The translations under genes and the position numbers were made by a program. A DNA stretch of 63,898 nucleotides, counting the filler, from Licmophora abbreviata (Eukaryota), in the NCBI GenBank assembly GCA_900291995.1. It is 18 parts of 18 records of this genome, joined end to end, with 100 filler letters (N's around TTAATTAATTAA, not from the genome) between each part and the next. Parts side by side here need not be neighbours in the genome. Positions count along the whole stretch, not along the records: positions 20,138 to 25,698 come from OLMU01003891.1; positions 25,799 to 31,815 come from OLMU01003892.1; positions 31,916 to 36,386 come from OLMU01003893.1; 15 more parts are not named here. One strand, 5' to 3'. The notes below the pieces were generated by a model, which was given only the letters and a program-made list of their open reading frames with translations, was not told where the DNA came from and made no database searches. Below are positions 21,387 to 32,587 of the stretch, piece after piece; within the stretch, counting starts at the first letter, position 1; every line of letters begins with the position of its first letter.

Positions 21387-22088
21387 CTTTTTCGAATAGT
21401 CCAAGCAGTGATTTTCATCGATCCAGACTGTTTCTCGAGTGAGTCAATCAGCTTTATATGTTTGACAGCTTGACCTTTTTGAACCATGTCGCAGTCAAAG
21501 TTTGCCTTGGCCAGACTTTTGGACGATAGATACAATGATGCTGATCGTGTGTAGTGGCTCCTTCCAAACAACAACAACAAGGCGCGCGTTGAGCGATTTT
21601 CTTTTTTTCCAATTTTCCGGGATTTTTAACTTTTTTCCAGTCGCACATCGGACAAACATCAGCGCTCATCACTCATTGACGACGTGACCATGGGCGAGCA
21701 GAGGTCGGCGCCAACTCTGGTCGCGTCGTATAGAGAAAATCTTGAATTGGCGAGTCCGCAATGAAGTGCAATACCATGCACATGGAGAAGAGCTGTACTT
21801 GCTGGCGCTCCTGAGAAGAGTCGACTGACTGCGAGACGTCCACGCTCGCCTCCACGCTCGCCTCCACGCTACACACTATCGACGCACGTCATGTGCATCA
21901 GGAATCGCGGAGACCGCCAAAAATGACCATGTGCGCCATGCAAAGTGAACCTCAACGTACATTCTGCGAATGATTGGCGTCCCGTGAACACCAAAATTTG
22001 GACCATCCTCACAAAACGAAACTCCCCGCTCGACAACGCAAGCAACCACAGAGACATCGGTAGTACTACTGCAACATCCCAGTCAACC

Positions 22089-22661
22089 ATGGGCCGTACC
22101 CCACAGAAGACGAGATTGGTCGACGAGGGAGTCTTCGAACGTATCCTTCGCGACACTGATATTGACGATGTACACGCTGTGATGAACGCGCTTCGCCAGT
22201 CTTCCGCCAAGAGTCGTACCACCACCACCGCTCTCACAGGTCGCACCGTGACCCCACGCCGTCTTGACTACGAAGGAGAGAAGGATGACGAAGAGGAGGA
22301 GGAAATGAACGAAGATGAAGATGAGGAGACCGGAACTCCCATGGAAGAAGCCATGGCAGCCGAACAGAATCGCAGTCTCAAGCGGGAGTGGAATTATCTA
22401 TTGCGCAATGCGCCGAAACGTAAACGCCGACGTGCCAAATACAAGGCAGACCCTGGTCGCTTCACCGAAAAGAATAAGGCCATAGGACGTCACAAGTTCA
22501 CGGACCTTGAGAAGGCTTGTATCCACAATGGCCTAGTCCGCCGTGGCGTCGGTACGTGGAAGAGTATCAAGAAGGACTTCGCTTGGTCTCTCCGCAACCG
22601 CACGAAGGACCAGGTCCGAGGCTGCTATGTAACGAACCGAGAGAACTGGGGCTACGAGTAG
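22089..22661 (+). CDS. Single C-terminal Myb/SANT (telobox-like) domain protein
   Basis: Acidic tract and basic NLS (PKRKRRR), then KFTDLEK..I..GL.RRGVGTWKSIK....LRNRT..QVR. Confidence 0.7.
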   Translation: MGRTPQKTRLVDEGVFERILRDTDIDDVHAVMNALRQSSAKSRTTTTALTGRTVTPRRLDYEGEKDDEEEEEMNEDEDEETGTPMEEAMAAEQNRSLKREWNYLLRNAPKRKRRRAKYKADPGRFTEKNKAIGRHKFTDLEKACIHNGLVRRGVGTWKSIKKDFAWSLRNRTKDQVRGCYVTNRENWGYE

Positions 22662-23090
22662 GTCCGCTTTTAGTTTGTGATGTGTTTCATTGTGAAGACG
22701 TGGTGGAGCGAGTTTGATTGAGGAGAACAATAGTTTTATGTTCAGAAAGATATTTGTTAGCATTGAACTCCTCCACAAAATAGTACATACTCGTAGGCTG
22801 CTAGAGGGTTCGTAGCCGTCAACTAAAGCATACCAGTATCGTGGCACCAGCCAGATCTAGCGAGAACCACGCTTCCTACCAGACTGATGTCCGAGCAGAC
22901 CTCTCTGAACGCGCATGGGGATGAGGGAACGACCGCAAATGTCGTCATGGTCGTCCCAGGTGAATGTGATTCGGCAGCATGGGAAGCTGTATGACACTGG
23001 CGGACAGACCAACAACAACACACCGTCCGTCTGCCCGTCCGTCAGTGTAAGTTGGTTGGAGTTAGACGATGCCCAACAATCACGTTCACC

Positions 23091-24620
23091 ATGAGGATCC
23101 TTGGCTGCGGCTGTGTTCTTGTTGTCATCTTGTTTGTCCCTCACATATGGGCATGGAGTCCTTCTTATAGTATCCTACATGCGCAGCGAGTTTCAGGGTC
23201 AGAAATGACTCGAAAGAAACAAAGGCGGCCTTCGACACGGTCCTTCTCCTCAGCGACCTCTAGCACCACCAGCAGCATGCCATCGTACAAGGAACGCCTC
23301 TCGCAATGGAAGATTCCAACGAATCTACCCAAACTACTAGTGTTCGACTTAGATAACACACTGTGGACACCAGAACTATATCAGATTAAGAGAAGCCGAA
23401 AGCAAGTCCCAATCGCAAACAAGGACATCCGTCTGTTTGAAGGGGTACTTGAATTACTGCAACTGCTGTCTTCTCGCGATGAGTTTCAAGGCGTCCAGCT
23501 CGCTGTGGCTTCCCGGACTAACAAGGGCGATTGGGCAAGAGAGCTGCTTCAAAATTTTGTCGTACACGGCGACATGAACACCAATCTGCAAGACATTCTG
23601 GATCACGTCGAAATCTACACTGGCAGCAAGCGGCGTCACTTTGAGGCGCTCAAAGAACAGGCAAACATGAAGTTTTCGGACATGGTATTCTTTGATGATG
23701 ATGTACACTTGAATCTGAATGAAGTGTCGGCTATGGGCGTCTTTTGTAGTCACTGCCCACATGGACTTACAGTCGACTTATTCATGTCAACGTTGGACAA
23801 GTACGATGAGCTGCTACTACAGCACTCTTCCGGTCACTGGATGGGACACATTGTGAATTCTCAGAAGCTCGGTCTCGCAACAGCCACAGCACTCGATGAA
23901 GGCCGTAAAACTACAGGAGTCGTCACATTTTACAATCCCACAAAGCGATTTGGCTTTGTCCGTGAGCTCAACAAAACCGACAAGGAGTTCTTCTTTCACG
24001 AATCCAAAGTTGCCGAGGGTGTCATGGTGGAGAAGGGCATGCGCGTCGAATTCGAAACACTCGTGGATGGCAAAGGGCGTCCTGCAGCTGCGGTTCTCTC
24101 CAGCAAGGACGAGGATGGATCCTCGAACGACCAAAACCTTGTATCCATGCCATGCTTCACCATGAGCCAGCCGTTCGTGGCGCTGCTGCTGAATGGCATA
24201 AAGACGGTTGAGACGCGAAACAACGATATGTTTCGTGATGTAACGCCCGGTACACGTGTCTTACTTCACTGCGGTCGTCGGGATTGGAAAGACCTTGAGG
24301 CGCCCAGAATTGCACTGCGCCAGGCTGGATATTCCGACGATGACATAGACAAACTCTCCAAACTGCCCAAAAACATGGCGAAAGGAAGCATCGTCGGTAT
24401 TCTGACGGTTGGCCGGACATGGGAATCTAATCCACAGGAACGACAATCCTCAGATTTACAACGACAAGTGGTGGCGAATGAGCATGACATGGGAAAAATC
24501 TGCACCGCCATTTCGAATGCACAGTGGTTAGACCGACCAGTGCGTACACGCGGAAACCCTGGCGTGTACAAGGTTCCTTTCCCCAAGGACAGGCTACCAT
24601 CGCCTGGTAGCAATGATTAG
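23091..24620 (+). CDS. Fusion: signal/transit peptide + MDP-1 HAD phosphatase + cold-shock domain + ASCH domain
   Basis: One intronless ORF. HAD motifs FDLDNTLW / VASRT / GSK / FFDDD; CSD RNP motifs KRFGFV / FFFHES; ASCH motifs MSQPFVALLLNGIKTVETR, GSIVG and RGNPGVY. Confidence 0.85.
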   Translation: MRILGCGCVLVVILFVPHIWAWSPSYSILHAQRVSGSEMTRKKQRRPSTRSFSSATSSTTSSMPSYKERLSQWKIPTNLPKLLVFDLDNTLWTPELYQIKRSRKQVPIANKDIRLFEGVLELLQLLSSRDEFQGVQLAVASRTNKGDWARELLQNFVVHGDMNTNLQDILDHVEIYTGSKRRHFEALKEQANMKFSDMVFFDDDVHLNLNEVSAMGVFCSHCPHGLTVDLFMSTLDKYDELLLQHSSGHWMGHIVNSQKLGLATATALDEGRKTTGVVTFYNPTKRFGFVRELNKTDKEFFFHESKVAEGVMVEKGMRVEFETLVDGKGRPAAAVLSSKDEDGSSNDQNLVSMPCFTMSQPFVALLLNGIKTVETRNNDMFRDVTPGTRVLLHCGRRDWKDLEAPRIALRQAGYSDDDIDKLSKLPKNMAKGSIVGILTVGRTWESNPQERQSSDLQRQVVANEHDMGKICTAISNAQWLDRPVRTRGNPGVYKVPFPKDRLPSPGSND

Positions 24621-24677
24621 ATAGAAGATTGTAGAAACTATCTGTCGTCTCTATAGAGTACCGGTACACGTACTGTG

Positions 24678-25355
24678 TTACAGCGCATTCAACCGCGCCT
24701 TCAAATCGGGCAATGCACTGTCGAGCGCTTCTTGTTCTGCTGCAGAAAGTTCTTCGCCTTGCGGTTTGGCTGCAGGCGCTTGCAGTCCCACCATTTGCGA
24801 GTCCATCTCCACTCCGAGTTCTGCCAAGACCTGGCTTGTCACTTCCTCCGCTTGCTCGTCCAGCTCGTCATTATCAAACGCATCAATCAGAGCATCATTC
24901 ATCATTTCCTCCTTGACTTGCAGAGTCTCATTCTGTTTGGCGAACTCTGCCATGATCTTGGTCGTTTCCGACGCACTCATGGCAGCATTCGCCTTACCCA
25001 TAGCCTCCGAGACACTGCTCATTGCCGACGCCGCCGCCACTTGCGACGCCATACTGGTCGCATGCATACCAACCGCGGACAACTGTGCCTTGGCCGCATA
25101 CAGCTTCTGCCGTTGTTGACGAATCGTTACAAGCTGCTTGGCAAGTGCCGCCAGGGCAGGATCTTTATTGGAACTGGCCTGTTTGGCTCGCTGTTTGAGT
25201 TCGATGACGACTTGCTTCTCTTGTCGATCCAACTCGCGCAATTCGCGCTCCATATCACGCTGCGAGCTTCGAACTTCGCGACGTGTCTCTCGTTTGGCCT
25301 CCCGAGCTGCCTCCTTGGGCGTGGGCTTTTTGGAAAAGGGATGCCACGATGTCAT
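24678..25355 (-). CDS. VPS2: ESCRT-III subunit Vps2/CHMP2 (Snf7 family)
   Basis: RDMERELRELDRQEKQVVIELK, LAKQLV.IRQQ, KEEMMNDAL, VLAELG, and a C-terminal MIM-like DLKARLNAL. Confidence 0.9.
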   Translation of the reverse strand: MTSWHPFSKKPTPKEAAREAKRETRREVRSSQRDMERELRELDRQEKQVVIELKQRAKQASSNKDPALAALAKQLVTIRQQRQKLYAAKAQLSAVGMHATSMASQVAAASAMSSVSEAMGKANAAMSASETTKIMAEFAKQNETLQVKEEMMNDALIDAFDNDELDEQAEEVTSQVLAELGVEMDSQMVGLQAPAAKPQGEELSAAEQEALDSALPDLKARLNAL

Positions 25356-26330
25356 GGTGGATTGCAATAAAGAGAGAAAAGAAGGGGGGATATGCAGCCT
25401 GCGAGCGTGTGGCACAAGCACGAGTGAATAGATGTCGTGATGGTGAGACAGACAAAAACAAGGGTGATTGCAATGTGCCGAAATCCTCGAAAAGTCCGTT
25501 TACACTGGACCTGCACTTGGTATCCTATAGAATGGTCCGAGAATCAACATTGACTCTCTCTCGTTGCTACCACTATGTTTCTTCACCCCACACGAGTCGA
25601 CATGCCATGATACTACCCGGGAATGAGAGTGTACGCAACGACCAACACAGAACTCTCGGCTGTTTCGTCTATTTTCGATCAATTTTCATTTTCATGACNN
25701 NNNNNNNNNNNNNNNNNNNNNNNNNNNNNNNNNNNNNNNNNNTTAATTAATTAANNNNNNNNNNNNNNNNNNNNNNNNNNNNNNNNNNNNNNNNNNNNCA
25801 TTTTCATGACTTTCTTAGTTTCCTACCTTTATTTGATGCCACCTATCACACTAGAATGCCGGATAGCGACGATAAGACTCCAGTGAGGGAAAGAAACGCA
25901 CGAACAACTCCAATGGTGTTGGCGAGCAGTGTTGTGTCGTCGTTGTTCGTGGTTTGTGTCTCCGTGTTTCTCTGGAGCTCGGAGCTCGCACTTTAAGGGT
26001 GTCTGTTATTGAGTGTGTCTGTCAAGTTATGGAAAGGTGGCACACGGCCGACTATCCATGTGTAACTCCCGCTACGTTGTCTGTTCCAGGACTGCACGTT
26101 CTCACCAAAAAATAAAAAAATGGACATTGAACATGGTCATTGGACACATCGAGTGGTCGTCGTTGCTGGTCTCTGTTACAGCCGTTGTAGTGGTTGAGGC
26201 AGTTCTATTGTAGTCGGCAGGTGACTGAAGGAGAGAAGCTGCTATCGGGGAGTAAAAGAAAGGCTCTGATTGGATAAAACATTGAATTTTGGAAGACTGA
26301 ATTCTTCTGGTGAGGCACCCGCAAGCAGCC

Positions 26331-28495
26331 ATGGCGACGCCACGTACTCCCAAAAAGGTGGTTCCCATTGACGAATGCCTCTTCGGACCTGATCGAGCAT
26401 GTCCTCCCAATATCAGTGAAGCTGTTCTGAGTCCGGTCCGGCCTTCACGGCACGACCATCCATCCGCGGTGGGCAGTGATAGTACAACTAAGTCACCATC
26501 GTCACCGCCATCGGTCCTGTCCCCACGCTCGCCCGGTCGCTCGCGCGGGGATGGCCTCGACGACCTGGAAGACGGTCGCTGGGAAGCTGCCATACATTCT
26601 CCCAGCAAGCAACAAGGAACCGTGACACCGGCGGCCGAACACACTATTTCTCTCCCTGACCTACGACGCTTGGCCTCACAGGGCATTGTCGATTCGGGCA
26701 GTTTCCGTCCCATCACTTGGAGAGTTTTGCTAGGATACCTGCCTCTCAATACGGCCGAGTGGAAAGATACATTGTTGGAGCATCGGACATTGTATCGATC
26801 GCTTGTTTCGGAACTATTCAATACTCATGATGAACTCAACAAGGGAAATGAGCTGCGAGGACATCGCGGAAGAAGAAAAGCCAATGCAAAGCAAAGGAGA
26901 AAGGAGCTTGAAAAGGAAGATGCGTCGGAACATGGCGACGACAAACACTCAGCAGACAGCCTAGAAGTGAATTCATTGTCTACGGAGGAAGAGTCACCCG
27001 AAAAAGCGATGGAGACGTTGACACTTGAGCAGAACGAAAGTAATCCAATGAATGAATTTGATGACATCAAAGAGGAGCCTGTTGACGACGCCAATACAGA
27101 CTCGCCGCCCAGCCCACCGACACGACGACGTTCCAACAGCATTGGAGGAAGTACTCCCGAGGATGTCGGTCGTCTCGAATGGCGCATTAACCTGACGAAA
27201 GATCCACCGTCTTCACTATCGGCCACAACTGCACACGGCGATGGATACGAGGCACTTGTACCGGCTCGCATTCGCGAAGAGTGGAAACGCAATGGACGCG
27301 ATTCCACAGCACTCGCAGGTATGAGCAGTGGACATGGTCTCAATACACTCTTGGTGACGGATCACCACAACAGTCCCACTGCCAAAAACGAGAAGGATGA
27401 TACGGACAGTGCGAAGGACCACAAGAAAGACACGGAAAAGTGGCACCAGTTCTTCGAGTCGGCCGCTTTATTGGATGAAATCCGCAAAGACGTTGTGCGG
27501 ACACATCCCGATTTGTCGTTCTTCTTGGAGCCTGAACGAAATTTGGGACAACGGCGGTATGCCGCCCTGGAGCGCATTCTGTTTGTCTGGGCGAAACTTA
27601 ACAAAGGCGTAAGTCGAGTGCACCATTGCGCCATGTCCCGGTTTCGTGGAATACGTGGAGCTTACAAGCTTGTCTTTCATCTGGTTAGGTTCGCTACGTT
27701 CAAGGAATGAACGAAATCGTCGGGACACTGTACTATGTAATCGCAAACGACGTGAATGAGCAATGGTCCTGCGAGGCGGAGGCTGATACGTACTTTCTCT
27801 TTAACAGTTTGATGACAGAGATGCGAGATGTTTTTGTTCCTGCCCTCGACGATGCAGACACTGGCATTCAGGGTCGCATTGCCAATATGAAATCACTTTT
27901 GTCGCTTCACGACCCAGAAGTCCGCTGTCACTTGGACGACTGTGGAATCGATGCATCGTTCTTTGCAATTCGATGGCTCACGACACTGCTCTCACGGGAG
28001 TTTCTGCTGCCCGACACCATTCGACTGTGGGATAGCATGTTTGCTAGTACCCACAAGGACAACTTTTTGCGTTATGTGTGTGTCACCATGGTCATGGTGA
28101 TTCGAGAGGACTTGCTCAAGGGCGACTTCTCAACGTGTCTCCGCCTGCTTCAGTCGTACCCAACAACGAACCTCGACCACTTGCTAGAGTCCAGTCGTGC
28201 TCTATGGATCTACGAGTCTCAAGTCACCTTGGCTTGTCACAAGGGAGGGATCAGTCTACACCAGGCATTGTCGACTATTCATCCACCTCCATCCATTGTC
28301 ATGGCATACGGCTTGCCCGGTGGAGTAGCATTTCGGCGGTCTGAGGGAGACAGTGGTGGCTCAAAGCAGACGACAGGAGTGAACGGCAGTCTCTCGTCCA
28401 CGGGGCGAAACCTAGTCAAGGGCGCTAAAACATTCCTCGGTGGTCTTGGGAGGGAAGTTGGAAACATGCGAAAGGCCCGATCGACTGAGGACTAA
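26331..28495 (+). CDS. TBC-domain Rab GTPase-activating protein (TBC1D13-like), 1 intron
   Basis: RPITWRVLLGYLP, EIRKDVVRT (Arg finger), YVQGMNE (Gln finger) formed across intron 27609-27688, FFAIRWLTTLLSREF..PDTIRLWD. Confidence 0.92.
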
Positions 28496-28625
28496 GGGGG
28501 CCGCTCGCCAATCAATGTACGCGCACCGGTAGAGCACTCACTACTACTAGAAAACTAAACTGGAGTAGAGACGACTGTAGACCCCCGACTCTGTTGATGC
28601 CTTTCTGCGTTTTATAGTCACGTTT

Positions 28626-29073
28626 CTATTTACGTCCAAATCGAGGAGGCGGCGTTCGGACACGACGTCCCTCCTTGGATCGACCACGGACAATGCGCTG
28701 ATGGACGGCAGCCTCCACACAGTAGTACATTTTCAAGTAAAGCTTAGGCAACTGGTATTCCTGATAGGCAGAGGCTTCCTTAATATCACGCAACGACGAG
28801 GCATCGACAATGTTGCGAACAATGAAACGCTTGATGGCCTTATCCTTGGGAATGGCCTTTCCCGTGGACACGCATCTGAGGAGGTGAAAAAATGTATGAT
28901 CATGATTGGAGAGAGTTGTGAGTCATAGAAACGATTAGAAAAGACTTGAGCCTTGCATCTCCTTCTCTTCTTCTGTTTCATCATCATCCTGCAAATGAAT
29001 GCACCTACCTGACACGCTTGACGTGGCCGCGGTTCTTCTTATTCCTTCCGTGGTTACGTCTCTTGACAGTCAT
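28626..29073 (-). CDS. RPS26: 40S ribosomal protein eS26, 1 intron
   Basis: MTVKRRNHGRNKKNRGHVKRVR | CVSTGKAIPKDKAIKRFIVRNIVD...LPKLYLKMYYC. Intron 28876-29008. Confidence 0.97.
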
Positions 29074-29709
29074 GGTTCAGTACTGCTACTTATCTGTGAC
29101 GAGATAAAAGGGAGAATAATGAGGAGGGGTGTCTAGTGCAGTACGACATGCATCCCTGTGATGCACGCTCTTCTTCACGGAGTAATTTGGTTCACATCAT
29201 GCTTCATCCAGGAGAAACCGTCGTCCTGGCGGATCAGACAGACAGACTGCGACAGCAAAACACACGGCAGCGACTGTCGTCCATGAAAATTGGCTTCCTT
29301 TTTCCGTCGCTTCACCACACGCTCGCACATCCAGCATCCATACGTTCGCCTCTCTTCCTTACTCCCATGCAGTGGAATGATACACTATTCCGCCACACAG
29401 AGTCTCACAAGAGCCACGTACCGGCGTCGTTTCGGGTTGTGTTGCAACACAAACGAGATGTGCGGGGGACCTGGACTCTCTGCCAACGTAGTGCGCAGTA
29501 CTTTTATGTACGAGACCCATCAAGTAAGTGGTAAAGATCTCTATGGAATTTGGAATTTGAAACTTCACCGCCAAACGAAACACACAGACGAACAACACGC
29601 CATCGACCATGATGATGATGCTTTGCCGCTAAAATAGGAAGAAAACGACGGCGACAAAGTTCGTCTCTCGGCCCTGCAGCGCTTCTTCTCCCCCTTGTGA
29701 ACGGCTACC

Positions 29710-30363
29710 ATGTCAGAAGACCACTTTCTCGCTTCCTTCCTCCAAGAAGAGCTCCCCAAATTGGGTCTCGACTACGAAACCTACGGCCCCTACGTGATGA
29801 CCGACACGATTCTTACTGCCGATGACGATGAGTGGGATGCCGTCGTGGAATTGTTACAAGCTTCTTCGGAGACACACAATGATGATACAGAGGTGTGGAT
29901 GGAACTGAAAAAGACGCTTCAAGACAAGCAACGAACTCACAAGGAGCAACAAGACGAACAAGAGCATCAACACCGCGCCCAGCAGATACAACAACAACAC
30001 GACATACTACAACAGGAAATTCGACTGGCGCAGTCCCATCCAATCGAGACGACTCAGCAGAGAAAATCATCGGCCTTAGATGCTCAGAAAAAGGCTCTTG
30101 TGGATCGATATGCCTACGATGAATCGGAACGCTACGACGACAAGGGCAATCTAGTAGTAGTCAAAGGTGATGATGCCGCGGATGCTTCTAACAACAAGCA
30201 GGTAGCGCAGCAGGCGCATCTGGAACAGTCCAAACTGGAACGGCAGCAATACAACACCTCTAAAAAGGCGGAGCGAGAAGGGACGGCAAAAGCCAAGCAA
30301 GAAAAAGCGAGAATCAAGGAAGAGCGACGGAAGCGCGCGACAAAGGGAGAAAGAAAGAGGTAG
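29710..30363 (+). CDS. CCDC43-like coiled-coil protein
   Basis: LGLDYETYGPYV at the N-terminus, KKALVDRYAY in the middle, and a C-terminal RKRATKGERKR that matches the CCDC43 pattern. Confidence 0.7.
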   Translation: MSEDHFLASFLQEELPKLGLDYETYGPYVMTDTILTADDDEWDAVVELLQASSETHNDDTEVWMELKKTLQDKQRTHKEQQDEQEHQHRAQQIQQQHDILQQEIRLAQSHPIETTQQRKSSALDAQKKALVDRYAYDESERYDDKGNLVVVKGDDAADASNNKQVAQQAHLEQSKLERQQYNTSKKAEREGTAKAKQEKARIKEERRKRATKGERKR

Positions 30364-31136
30364 ACTACTCGTAATGAGAAAAAGTAGCAGTGTAGTAGAG
30401 GACTACTACCGTGTACAGTCAGTGTACCAGGTAGAGTGGCACCTGGCTAGTATAGACTACAATGGAATCTGTTCTAAAATCAAGCGAAGATTCGACTTTT
30501 ACAGTCAGCCGGGCATGTTTCTCAGGGTCAGCGGAGCTGAACTTGCTTCATCGGTAATGAGTGTGGGGCTGTCTCCACTCTTCACTGAACATGGCAATTC
30601 CTCCTTTCATTCGTGCGCTTCACCCGCCCGTGTTGAGGTTTCAAACCGACGAGCCGGGGGAGTGACAACTCATCATCGATCGTTCTCCATGAAAGCGTAC
30701 GTCAATCGAGAACCCGTCATCTCCGAATCTTTACTTCACTCTCTTTTTACTACAGTACTGCCTGGTACTGCAGCACCGTGGCTCATCATCCCACTTTTCA
30801 GTCGTGGTCATGCGTTGAGTGCAAACGCATTGTTCATGACGCGCCGGGGTTTTGTCGCCTTTTTGGGAGGCGCTTGTCTGTGAAAGGCACGTTTCGTCTG
30901 CCAGCGCACAGAGGGTTCGGTGTCGACCGGCCCAAAAGCGACGATCCCATAAGTATCAGAGGTGACGCAATGTCGCAATCCTGTGTAGATAGCTACGTTC
31001 AGTACTGATAAATCGAGTCCCGTCTGTGGGCTACTCCGTCTCCAGTTCAGGATGGAAGACTCCCGAAGCTCGAAGCTCACTTTTCTTGCGAAGCTCAAAC
31101 GTGTTTTCACTGCAAAACCAGAACCCCCTTGTGACC

Positions 31137-32278
31137 ATGAGGTTATCAACGCCTCTATGCCCCCTGCTTCTATCAGGCTCCTGCGCTGCCTTTGTGTCAT
31201 CCCCAATTCGCCTGAGAAATAGAATTGCGACGTTTGGGCGACCGAATCATTCCAGAAGTCGCAGAAATGCTCCCTCCATGTTCATGGACGGCGTCGATAT
31301 GGAGCTACCATCGCACCTCATGGCCATGTCCTTCGCCATGCCCATCAACGCATTGTCAACCGCCACCACAGCATTAACATCAGATCCAACCATCGAGGCT
31401 GAAATCCTGAACGACGTGGCTCATGTCGGTCTGGACCTTGCCACCTTCTTCGGTCCCGCCACCGCGACTCTTCGACTGGCGGCCGTCATTGGACGAATCT
31501 GTGCCATTGGAAGCGACTATCTTCCGGATCATTCGATGTTGCCCTCTGAAATTCTGTTTCAGTTCTTTATGCTGTGGATTGCCTCTTCGGGATTCTGGAA
31601 GAGCGTCTTTCCGTTCGCGCTTGGAATGACTGCCAAGACTGGGTATCGTGATGCACGCGCATACCACAAGGTCTTCCAACACGCGGGCTTGTCATGGATG
31701 CAGTACAAAACCATGCACAACTACGCCATGGAGTGGGTGACAGTAGAACCAGGGGTCACCATCACGTCGGACGAACACTCTTCTTCTGGTACCAATAGCA
31801 GCGACGAAGAAGAGGNNNNNNNNNNNNNNNNNNNNNNNNNNNNNNNNNNNNNNNNNNNNTTAATTAATTAANNNNNNNNNNNNNNNNNNNNNNNNNNNNN
31901 NNNNNNNNNNNNNNNAGCAGCGACGAAGAAGAGGAGGACTGCATCTATTGGCTGTATCGCGGTGACGTACAAGTGGGGAGTGCTGGACAGTCCTTAATGA
32001 ACCTGACCCAGGGTTTGCTGGGAGAGAAACGTCTCGCGCGGTCGTTGGAGAAGAAGGACAAACGGGACGATGCCGTCGACGGACGCTACCCCAAAACTAC
32101 GATTCGTGCTGGCGGCACAGGAGCGACCCTGCTTCGCATTCGTGCATCAAAGCTCACGACGCTCATGGATCTTGACCCCGACCTGGCGCAATCGATTCGT
32201 TCCCTGTTGCTCAAGGGAATGGAGGAGAAACTCAATGCCGTCTTGACCACTAGGAACGGTGTATCAAACGGGCTTTGA
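31137..32278 (+). CDS. Plastid-targeted membrane protein with a possible cNMP-binding/Popeye-like C-terminal domain; spans spacer 31816-31915
   Basis: Signal peptide ending CAA-FV (ASAF-like) and TM helices. The contig ends overlap by AGCAGCGACGAAGAAGAGG and continue in frame (YWLYRGDV...LLGE...TTIRAG..GATLLRI). Confidence 0.6.
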
Positions 32279-32587
32279 TACCAGAGATGAATGGTGGGAG
32301 TCGACAAATGGCGGAGTAAACGATTTCTCACTGCATGTTCATACAGAGGTTGGCGGGATACAAACAAGCGACAAGAACACAGGCGTGTACATAGACAAGG
32401 CTTCGAGCGGAGGCGAGTCGAAATTACCAAAGAAGGCAGTGGCGTCTTCGCACTTGGTTCATCGACACAATAGAAATAGACTATACGAAAAATAGAAATA
32501 GAGATACAAGAACGACCATGTGACCTAATGATTGAACTGGGACATGAGATGGTTCGTGGGTTGGCCACCACGTTCAAACATCACCAT

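Noticed and set aside
21839..21870. 12-bp tandem repeat (CCACGCTCGCCT) x about 2.5
   Set aside because: Too short and lacks spacers; a simple minisatellite with no supportable function.
30374..31008. ORFs 30374-30883 and 30778-31008, or a box C/D snoRNA on the minus strand
   Set aside because: No recognisable protein motifs. An ATGATGA and distant CTGA are present, but I found no terminal stem or identifiable guide sequence.
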